40,568 nucleotides of DNA, from the NCBI GenBank assembly GCA_016930445.1, contig JAFGGT010000027.1, positions 1-40,568 on the forward strand, given 5' to 3'. The position numbers were made by a program, and so were the translations under genes. Of this stretch, positions 1 through 7,239 are shown in pieces; position 1 is the stretch's first letter, and each line of letters opens with the position of its first letter. A model generated the notes under the pieces. The model had not been told where the DNA came from. It saw nothing but the letters and a program-made list of their open reading frames with translations, and searched no databases. The DNA comes from Candidatus Methanofastidiosia archaeon. Its GTDB lineage: Archaea; Methanobacteriota_B; Thermococci; Methanofastidiosales; NM3.

Positions 1-87
1 CACCGATAACGTGCAAAATAGCCCTAAGCTATTTGGCACAAATTAAAAAAGGCAGTTATTCATAATCCTCTATATATATTAACTAGA

Positions 88-1605
88 ATGCAAAAGAGAA
101 TCAGCATTCTTCATGTTGAAGATGATGCCTATTACTCTAGGATGTTTCAGATACACTTGGACAGGATCGCCAAGGATAAGGCCGCATACGAGCTTTTCTT
201 CGATACCGTCCCCTCGACAGCCATGGCGTATGATAAGATTTGTGAAAACAATTACGACTGCATTATCTCGGACTATCAGATAATCTCGGGCAATGGTCTC
301 GATGTGCTAAGATTCGTAAGAGATGGCGGGATGGAGATGCCCTTCATTTTTCTTACTGGCCAAGGGGATGAAAGAGTGGCACGTGAAGCATTCGTCCTGG
401 GCGCCAACGACTATTTCACCAAGGACATAACGATTGCAGACTATGAACGTATATATAATTCAATTAAGAACCAGGTAGAGCACTTCGAGACAAGAAAGAT
501 GGAGAGAGAGCATGAAGTGCGCTACAGGACGATCTTCGAGAACACCAATGCAGCGTTGATATTGGTCGAGGAGGACACGACGATATCCCTTATGAATCGT
601 GAGTTCGAGAAGATGTCAGGTTACGGGAAGGAAGAGGTGGAAGGCAGGATGAGCTGGACGGAGTTTGTCATAAAGGATGAAGTTGAGAGATTGAGAAGAT
701 ACCATCGTGACAGAAGGCAAGATGGCAAGAGCGCCCCAAACGTATATTACTTCCATATGATGGACAAGTCCGGAGATGAAAAATACATCTATATGTCTGT
801 GGCCATGATACCTGGCACGAGGAGGTCGTTGGCATCAATGATAGACCTGACAGAGCAGAAAAAGGCATTGTCAGCACTGGAAGAGAGCGAGATGAAGTAC
901 CGTGCGCTCTTTAAGAACTCTAGGGACGGCATATGGACAGCCACTAAGGACGGGTACATCATCGACATCAACAATGCCGCCTTGGATATATTGGGATACA
1001 CATACGAAGAGATAATTGGCATGAATGCCGACTCCCTTTTCATCTCTCAGGATGACATTATCAGGTTCGTAAGTGAAGTTGAGAAATACTCATACGTAAA
1101 GGATTACGAGGTCAAATTGAAAAAGCGGGATGGCACAGAGATGGACTGTCTCTTCACCTCTACACTGTGGCAGGACGCCAATGGGGAAACGATAGGTTAT
1201 CAAGGAATATTGAGGGACGTGACGGAGAGGAATGTTGCCGTAAAAATGCTAAGGAGGCGCATAAGCGAACTTTCATGCATTCATGAGATAGCGCTGTTGT
1301 CAAATTCCGGCGTTCCGATCGAGGCCAAGTGTGCTAAGATTGTAAGCTTGATAGCGTCCTCCCTCTCTTGTCCAGAGAGCGTATCAGTAATGATGACCTT
1401 CGATGGCACCGCATACAGGAGCGACAATTTCCTGGATTCGGCATGTAGATTGCGAGAGGATATGGACACCGATGGTTTCTCCTGTGCAATTGAAGCCCAT
1501 TATCATGGAGAATGGCCGGGTGCCGGGCCCATACTCGATGGGGAGAGACAGCATCTTAAGGCCTTAACGAATCTAATAAGTGCCCTTTTTTCAAAGAGTG
1601 TTTGA
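88..1605 (+). CDS. Response regulator: CheY-like receiver + two PAS domains + Cys-rich GAF-like C-terminal domain; no recognisable DNA-binding or kinase output
   Basis: 505-aa ORF. The N-terminus ILHVEDD...DCIISDYQ...FLTGQ...FTKD gives the acidic pocket, phospho-Asp, Thr and Lys pattern of receiver domains. Two PAS-like blocks are present (RYRTIFENTNAALILV..., KYRALFKNSRDGIWTAT...GYQGILRDVTER). Confidence 0.8.
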   Translation: MQKRISILHVEDDAYYSRMFQIHLDRIAKDKAAYELFFDTVPSTAMAYDKICENNYDCIISDYQIISGNGLDVLRFVRDGGMEMPFIFLTGQGDERVAREAFVLGANDYFTKDITIADYERIYNSIKNQVEHFETRKMEREHEVRYRTIFENTNAALILVEEDTTISLMNREFEKMSGYGKEEVEGRMSWTEFVIKDEVERLRRYHRDRRQDGKSAPNVYYFHMMDKSGDEKYIYMSVAMIPGTRRSLASMIDLTEQKKALSALEESEMKYRALFKNSRDGIWTATKDGYIIDINNAALDILGYTYEEIIGMNADSLFISQDDIIRFVSEVEKYSYVKDYEVKLKKRDGTEMDCLFTSTLWQDANGETIGYQGILRDVTERNVAVKMLRRRISELSCIHEIALLSNSGVPIEAKCAKIVSLIASSLSCPESVSVMMTFDGTAYRSDNFLDSACRLREDMDTDGFSCAIEAHYHGEWPGAGPILDGERQHLKALTNLISALFSKSV

Positions 1606-1619
1606 AAGAGGAAAAAACC

Positions 1620-2222
1620 TCACATCTGTGATGCGAGGTTCTTGGCCAAGTTGAGCAAGTAGTTGACGTCGAGGCCGTCGGCATCAGTCATCTTGGATAG
1701 CTCGAAGAATATTATTATGTCCTTCCTTGAGCATATCACGTAGTAGTTCGATACTGGGAGCTCGTCACCAAATATGGGATATGTTGCCTTCAATACCACC
1801 GAGTGGTCGCCGACATTGGGCGCGATGACATATTCCACACTATAATCATTATCCATTTCCTCAAGGAACGTCTTGATCTTTTCCGCCCTTTCATCGGCCA
1901 GTGCCGTTGTGTCGATAGCTTCGTACCTGGTAATGTTCTGGTGTATGAACTCTTTGGTGGTGTAGCTATCGTTTATCACCTTCGCTTGGAAGTCGGCCCC
2001 AGCGAATTCTACGTAGTCCTTCTCCCCTTGCTCTGCGAACGCTTCATCGTAATCTATGGAATCTTCCTGGTACCATCCGTCAGGCAATAGGTCTGATGTT
2101 ATCAACAGGTCATGTACATCGCCGTCGTACCTGCCACCATCATCTGAGGAAATGCATCCTGCGAAAAATGTGGTGATCAGCAAGATGATCGTGAGATGCA
2201 CTAAGAGAGTTCTTTCTTTCAT
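1620..2222 (-). CDS. Hypothetical acidic lipoprotein
   Basis: 200-aa ORF with an N-terminal hydrophobic signal ending in the lipobox-like FFAGC. No recognisable catalytic motif. Confidence 0.65.
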   Translation of the reverse strand: MKERTLLVHLTIILLITTFFAGCISSDDGGRYDGDVHDLLITSDLLPDGWYQEDSIDYDEAFAEQGEKDYVEFAGADFQAKVINDSYTTKEFIHQNITRYEAIDTTALADERAEKIKTFLEEMDNDYSVEYVIAPNVGDHSVVLKATYPIFGDELPVSNYYVICSRKDIIIFFELSKMTDADGLDVNYLLNLAKNLASQM

Positions 2223-2577
2223 GCGATCAGATTGACATAGGACAGATATTATTTATCTTTAACGCCTGATATGGTGTAAATCTGCTTTTTTCCTTCAACA
2301 TGGAAATTGGGAGGGGATGCAAGATATCTAAGAAGTCCCATTTCTGCCCAAGATGTCTTTCATGGCCATTTTTACCCAATCTGCAGGCCTATATAAGAAA
2401 TATCATACTAATCTAAAGGTTTGTACCAAAATATTTATATATGGGATATACCTTTATAGTAAAATACATAGGTATTGTTATACCTAGATATTATAATCTT
2501 GGATTATAATGTGGTTGTGTGGTGTGTATAAGTGAAATCTCGAAAGCCTTGTGAAATATATTCAGGCGGAATGAAAA

Positions 2578-2865
2578 ATGCTATATCGAAAGGTAATAGG
2601 TGTATTCACCATACTTGCAGGAATAGTGATATTTGCACTATACAGCCCCATTATTGTCGCGAACATAGTTTGGCTAATGTACGCATGCGCTTCAGTGATA
2701 GCCCTCGTTACAATAGCCACCACGAATCCTAAGGCCTATTCGACACACAATTGGGTGCCAAGAAAGATGAATGTGCCAAATCGCCAAGAGTGCTCCAAGG
2801 TCAATTCTGTAAAGGTATATTCTAAGAAGGATGGGATCGTTGTCGGCTACACTATGTTGGTCTGA
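2578..2865 (+). CDS. Small hypothetical membrane protein (two predicted TM helices)
   Basis: 95-aa ORF with two hydrophobic stretches (VIGVFTILAGIVIFALY, IVWLMYACASVIALVTIATT). It is co-directional with the next two genes. It overlaps an alternative 66-aa frame, so coding status is uncertain. Confidence 0.4.
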   Translation: MLYRKVIGVFTILAGIVIFALYSPIIVANIVWLMYACASVIALVTIATTNPKAYSTHNWVPRKMNVPNRQECSKVNSVKVYSKKDGIVVGYTMLV

Positions 2866-2906
2866 ATCAATAAATATATCTACGATAATGTATGAGGTGT
2901 AATGGG

Positions 2907-3371
2907 ATGCTAAGGAAATTGACCATCTTGGTGATCATAGTGCTTGCGGGCCTTATGGCAGTCTCTACCGGGGCATTTACTAGCTTGTCCACAGATAGGG
3001 GGGCTGATGTCAGGGTCGCGGGCGATGCAATAGCTTTGCTCAGTTTTGCATCAACTTCGGCATTCTCCCATTATCAGGATGATATGTTAACGATAGATTT
3101 TGATGATGTGGCAGCTGATGGTGTTAACACGGATGCCATCACATATCTTGATGGGGTATTCTCTGTCACGAACAATGGTTCGAACGCCGTTATGGTATCC
3201 ATATCCAAATCAGGCCCGAATGCCTCAAGTGTGGATTTTGGCCATATCGAGGAGGGCATTGTACTAGACGTAGGCCAGTCTTGCCTGATATCCATGACAA
3301 TAGATTCCAGGGGATTGTCTCCTGGAGATGAGCTGATCGACCATATCACGCTCAATGCAGTGACACAGTAG
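2907..3371 (+). CDS. Secreted protein resembling the archaeal DUF1102 / TasA-camelysin-like family
   Basis: The second ATG (2907) is preferred because GAGGTG lies 7 nt upstream. The signal peptide MLRKLTILVIIVLAGLMAVSTGAFTS is followed by LSTDRGADVRVAGDAIALL, which matches my memory of the DUF1102/SipW-type signal-plus-first-strand pattern. The rest looks beta-rich. Confidence 0.5.
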   Translation: MLRKLTILVIIVLAGLMAVSTGAFTSLSTDRGADVRVAGDAIALLSFASTSAFSHYQDDMLTIDFDDVAADGVNTDAITYLDGVFSVTNNGSNAVMVSISKSGPNASSVDFGHIEEGIVLDVGQSCLISMTIDSRGLSPGDELIDHITLNAVTQ

Positions 3372-3425
3372 CTGCATGGGCCATTTATCCATTAATTTAT
3401 TAAACTCCCTGTCAGTTCTCCTTTT

Positions 3426-4616
3426 ATGGAGCTCCATCGATGCAGGAAGAGATACACCAATTCCACGCACAGGGTAAAGACCCCAGAGGAGACGTATGAT
3501 CTCGTCAAGGATACGATGCCCAGCGTGGGCGTAACGGAGACCCTGGACATCACCGACCTTGACAGGGTCGGAATACCTGTGTTCATCTCAAAGAGGGTCG
3601 AGACCGATACTGGAAGGCAGATGATACACAATGGCAAGGGATTCTCGACTATCGAGTCGATAGTCTCTGCGATGATGGAATCGATCGAGAGGCATTGCTC
3701 TTCCTTTGAGGCGGGGCTTGTCACCGTGTCCCCTGCAATATCCCTGGACTCCCGTTACATCGACCCAGTCGATCTTGTACTGCCCAACCCGGTGCTCTAC
3801 AGCGAAAGGCTGCCGCTGTCATGGTGCAGGGGTGCGGAGCTGATGCATAGGGGAGACGTCCTAGTGGCGGCAAACGCAGTGTTCCATCCATTCCCCCAGG
3901 GCCCAGGATGGCTCTTCAGGTCCAACACGAACGGGCTTGCATGCGGGAACTGCCTGGAAGAGGCCATCTTGCACGCGCTCTGCGAGGTCATAGAGAGGGA
4001 CGCTTGGTCCCTGGCCGAACTATCGAATTCTGCACCCAATGACGTGATCCTGGACACAGACGACCCACACATCAACTGGGTCTTGGACAGGTTCAATGAT
4101 GCAGAGGTCGAAATAACGATCAAGGACATTACATCTGACATAGGGCTCCCAACGTTCTTTGCCGTTTCAGACGATGTCAGGGATAAGGACCCAACTTTGC
4201 TCAACATGGGCGTTGGCACCCACCTGAGTCCAAAGGTCGCCCTCATAAGGGCCCTGACCGAAGTGGCCCAGAGCAGGCTGTCACAGATATACCAGAACAA
4301 GACCAATCCCTCTGGGTCCATTCTGAAGCAAAGGCTTGGCTATGATAAGATAAAGGCAATGAACAAGAAGTGGATCCAAAGGTCGAAGAGCGTAAGCTTC
4401 AGCGAGTTCGAATCATTTGACACCCAATTCCTCCTTGATGACATCGAGGTCGTGCTCTCGATGCTCAGTGGCAAGGGGTTTGAGAACGCATGCGTGGTCG
4501 ACCTTACGAGGGAGGCCATTGGCGTGCCTGTGGTGCGGGTGGTAGTGCCTGGGCTCGAACAAAGCTCAGTCGATAGGGACAGAGTCGGGAAAAGGGCCAG
4601 AAGCATTATTACATAA
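3426..4616 (+). CDS. ycaO: YcaO-domain protein (ATP-dependent peptide-backbone amide activation)
   Basis: 396-aa ORF. Family-typical motifs are GITETLDITDLDRVGIPVF, the ATP/Mg-binding acidic motifs SAMMESIERHCS and EVIERDAW, and the C-terminal VVPGLE tail. The size matches minimal stand-alone YcaOs. Confidence 0.85.
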   Translation: MELHRCRKRYTNSTHRVKTPEETYDLVKDTMPSVGVTETLDITDLDRVGIPVFISKRVETDTGRQMIHNGKGFSTIESIVSAMMESIERHCSSFEAGLVTVSPAISLDSRYIDPVDLVLPNPVLYSERLPLSWCRGAELMHRGDVLVAANAVFHPFPQGPGWLFRSNTNGLACGNCLEEAILHALCEVIERDAWSLAELSNSAPNDVILDTDDPHINWVLDRFNDAEVEITIKDITSDIGLPTFFAVSDDVRDKDPTLLNMGVGTHLSPKVALIRALTEVAQSRLSQIYQNKTNPSGSILKQRLGYDKIKAMNKKWIQRSKSVSFSEFESFDTQFLLDDIEVVLSMLSGKGFENACVVDLTREAIGVPVVRVVVPGLEQSSVDRDRVGKRARSIIT

Positions 4617-4718
4617 GGGGGATAAACGCCTTTCCCAATCCCAACGTCATGTCTAATTTTTGCGTGAATCATTAGCCAATAAAAACCTTTCGTAAAGTGT
4701 GGCTTTGTACATAAAGTC

Positions 4719-4748
4719 TCAAGTGAACATAAAGTTCCATTAACTTGA
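4719..4748. repeat. Nested imperfect hairpin (putative left-end structure of the IS relic)
   Basis: TCAAGT-GAAC-ATAAA-GTTC-CATTA-ACTTGA: a 6-bp outer stem and a 4-bp inner stem, read directly from the sequence. Confidence 0.45.
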
Positions 4749-4831
4749 ACATAAAATCTTGATCAGTTTCCCCACTTGTTACAAAAAATCGACCCCATAT
4801 CCTACATATCCCCGCTGCTTCAATATACATC

Positions 4832-5400
4832 GTGTACACATATCGCACGCGTCAGGTGGCACTGCGGGGCAGGCACTTCTCCAGCTGGTGCCACCTGGCG
4901 AAGAACGTCTACAACAAGGCGAATTACATAGTCCGCCAGGAGTTCTTCTCCAGCGGCCGGTGCATCGGCCATTATGAGCTCTACAGCCTTATGAAGGATG
5001 ACGGGGAGTACCGAGAGCTGCCATCGCTCGTTGCCAACGAGGTGCTGAGGACGCTCTCCGCGGCGTGGAGGTCGTTCCTTGCCGCCGACGGGTCGTACCT
5101 GCAACACCCCTCCCGCTTCTTCTCCCGTCCAAGGCCCCCGAGATACAAGGATAGGGACGGCGAGATCGCTGTTTGCTTTCCAAAACACCATCTATCGCTT
5201 AGGTTGGGCAGGCTTCTCCTGCCGAAGAAGGTGGGGAGGCACCAGATAAGGCACGCACTGCCAGAGGCAACCACATCAACGCTGACGTGAACGCTACCTA
5301 TAACATAATAAGAAAAGCATTCCCCAATGCCTTGGCGGAGGGGATAGAGGATGTCAGCTTGCATCCGGTACGCATGCCTCTGTGCACTGCGTGCGAATGA
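4832..5400 (+). pseudogene. tnpB: tnpB (RNA-guided endonuclease / IS605 OrfB) pseudogene with internal deletion and frameshift
   Basis: Frame A (4832-5290) reads ...LAKNVYNKANYIVRQEFF...YRELPSLVANEVLRTLSAAWRSFLAA...FFSRPRPPRYKDRDGE, a typical TnpB N-terminal region. Frame B (5263-5400) reads GNHINADVNATYNIIRKAFPNALAEGIEDVSLHPVRM, the conserved C-terminal RuvC-III tail. The central RuvC and zinc-finger core is absent. Confidence 0.6.
5371..5395. repeat. Imperfect hairpin (putative right-end / residual omega-RNA structure)
   Basis: CGCATGC-(11 nt)-GCGTGCG: a 7-bp stem with one T-G position, immediately before the stop codon of the relic and the GAACATAAAG motif. Confidence 0.4.
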
Positions 5401-5546
5401 ACATAAAGATACGATGCATTATGTGCAAAGCCCATCATTCATCGTAAAGAAATGCTCCTATATCTTAGGCATTCCGGGTAAGATGAGCCTATCCTGCCTA
5501 TATCTTCCATATTGGCACTTCTGCGGGATATGGGTCTGTAAATACC

Positions 5547-7067
5547 CTACATCTCGGCATGCATTTTCTTCCATTCGCTCAACGGGACCCCGTTCTCCTT
5601 TTCGTACTTTGCCCTGTGAATGGAATTATAGCTGCAGAAAGGTATGATCCTGCCGTCGGTAAGGCCATAATGTATCCCACATCTCCTCACCCTCTCGATG
5701 TCGAAGTTGTAAGGGTCCATGAAGTGCATCGCCCCTAGGAACAGGGTTTTATTATGGAACGCGGCGGTGTCGCCAACAGTTCCGTTCGTAAGCACGTTAA
5801 GTATCAGATTCCTAAGATTCAAGCCTGGGGGTGCTTTCTCATTGTTGATGAAGCTAGGCAGCTTGCTCGTTATCTTGAGCGTGATCTTCGCCTTGGCCAC
5901 CTTGCCGCTATCCTTCACCTTGATAGCCATCTCTTCCAGGAAGTCGAACATCGCATCGACCTCGATGAATCTGGTTATTGGGATTATCTGGTCTTTGACC
6001 TTGAACAGGTATGTGCCAACCCCACAGTGCTCGTGGCAAGTGAAGGTGAGCTGGGGCTCGTTCTTCCAGGCTGATATGAAGTGTGAGATCGGCGCTATGC
6101 TCGGCACAGGATAGAGGTCCTCTTTAGTGATCTGCCCGTTGGTCTGCTCATCAAGCAGCCTTGCAAGATCGGGGATCGTGATCCTCATCTTCTCCAGCTC
6201 TTCCTTCTCTATCCTTCCGGAAAATGATACTGGCTGGAAGTTCACGCCTTTCACGACGTCCCCATTGTCGAACGCGAATCTGACAATGTCCCCCACCTGG
6301 TCATCGTTCACGCCCCTGACAAGGGTTGGGACCAATACTATGGATGTCATCTCGGCCTTTCTGATATTCTCGATGGCGGCAATCTTTTCAGGCAGTGCAT
6401 TATAGCCCCTGGCCGTGATGTAGGGGGCTTCCTTCACGCCATCGAACTGCAGGTAAAAAGTATTGAGGCCTGCGGCCTTCAGCTTCTTTATGAAGTCGAT
6501 GTCCTTCACGAATCTCTTCCCGTTGGTAGCAACTTGGATCTGTGTGAAACCTAGTCTTTTTGCCTCTGCGACTATCTCGGGGAAATCGTCCCTTATGGTG
6601 GGTTCGCCACCAGAGAACTGGACCGCCCAGCACCTCACCGGTTTCTCATCTGCAAGCCTTTTAAGGATCTTTACTATTTCCTCCTTCGTGGGTTCTAGCA
6701 CGTAACCCGTCGCGGCGGCATTGGCAAAACATATGGGGCAACGCATGTTGCATCTGTTAGTTATGTCGATGTTTGCAAGCAATGTGGATGTAAGGTGATT
6801 TTCGCACAATCCACAATCATAGGGACAACCCTTCCTCTGGTCCACTTGGGGATTGTCCAATCCTTCCCCGTTGGTCCTGAATGGTTTGGCCCAACTATAA
6901 TATTCATAATCTGACCAGTAGACATCACTGAAGTGGCCATGTTCATCACACTCTTTCTCTATGATCACTTTATTGTCCCTTTCCAATATTATTGCATCTA
7001 TTACCTTAAGACACTCTGGACAAAGTGATTTTGTCTTCTTGATCTCCTTCATTTTCCCAACCTGCAT
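5547..7067 (-). CDS. tes: Radical SAM enzyme of the tetraether lipid synthase (Tes / GDGT-MAS) type
   Basis: 506-aa ORF. It has an N-terminal rubredoxin-like CPEC...CDEHG, an auxiliary CPYDCGLC motif and the canonical CX3CX2C motif (NRCNMRCPIC). Length and layout match my recollection of the COG1964-type archaeal radical SAM proteins shown to make GDGTs. Confidence 0.6.
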   Translation of the reverse strand: MQVGKMKEIKKTKSLCPECLKVIDAIILERDNKVIIEKECDEHGHFSDVYWSDYEYYSWAKPFRTNGEGLDNPQVDQRKGCPYDCGLCENHLTSTLLANIDITNRCNMRCPICFANAAATGYVLEPTKEEIVKILKRLADEKPVRCWAVQFSGGEPTIRDDFPEIVAEAKRLGFTQIQVATNGKRFVKDIDFIKKLKAAGLNTFYLQFDGVKEAPYITARGYNALPEKIAAIENIRKAEMTSIVLVPTLVRGVNDDQVGDIVRFAFDNGDVVKGVNFQPVSFSGRIEKEELEKMRITIPDLARLLDEQTNGQITKEDLYPVPSIAPISHFISAWKNEPQLTFTCHEHCGVGTYLFKVKDQIIPITRFIEVDAMFDFLEEMAIKVKDSGKVAKAKITLKITSKLPSFINNEKAPPGLNLRNLILNVLTNGTVGDTAAFHNKTLFLGAMHFMDPYNFDIERVRRCGIHYGLTDGRIIPFCSYNSIHRAKYEKENGVPLSEWKKMHAEM

Positions 7068-7239
7068 TTATATTATGACGGTCTCACTTTCAGTTCTTAT
7101 TAGGTCAGTTTTATTAATGGTATTTATATTTTATCATGACAAATATGTCACTAATTTAGATTTTTTTGAATAATATTTGTCATTACTATAATTTTTACAA
7201 TTATATTACTATGTATCGTAATATAATAATATTTCCCTC

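Larger units (their letters stand above)
4707..5408 (+). mobile_element. Decayed IS200/IS605-family (tnpB-only, IS1341-like) element remnant
   Basis: A visibly GC-rich block sits in an AT-richer context. A TnpB-like N-terminus and C-terminus lie in different frames. A nested hairpin lies at 4719-4748 and an imperfect hairpin at 5371-5395. Copies of the GAACATAAA(G/A) motif occur at 4725, 4747 and 5399, with a degenerate copy at 4707. Confidence 0.55.

Noticed and set aside
2300-2416. 38-aa ORF (MEIGRGCKISKKSHFCPRC...) in the 355-bp intergenic region
   Set aside because: It has only a partial CxxC pattern, no SD, and lies in AT-rich promoter-like DNA. It is too short to separate from chance.
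2532-2732. Cys-rich 66-aa ORF upstream of ycaO, considered as a possible RiPP precursor
   Set aside because: It overlaps the more protein-like 2-TM frame over most of its length. It starts at GTG with no SD or promoter spacing I could support. It has no leader/core organisation or Cys/Ser/Thr-rich C-terminal core. I cannot support it from sequence alone.
4820-5364. Several long antisense or alternative-frame ORFs (123, 127, 64 and 72 aa) across the GC-rich block
   Set aside because: They are Arg/Pro/Gly-rich shadow frames typical of GC-rich DNA. They overlap the frame that carries recognisable TnpB motifs and have no motif of their own.
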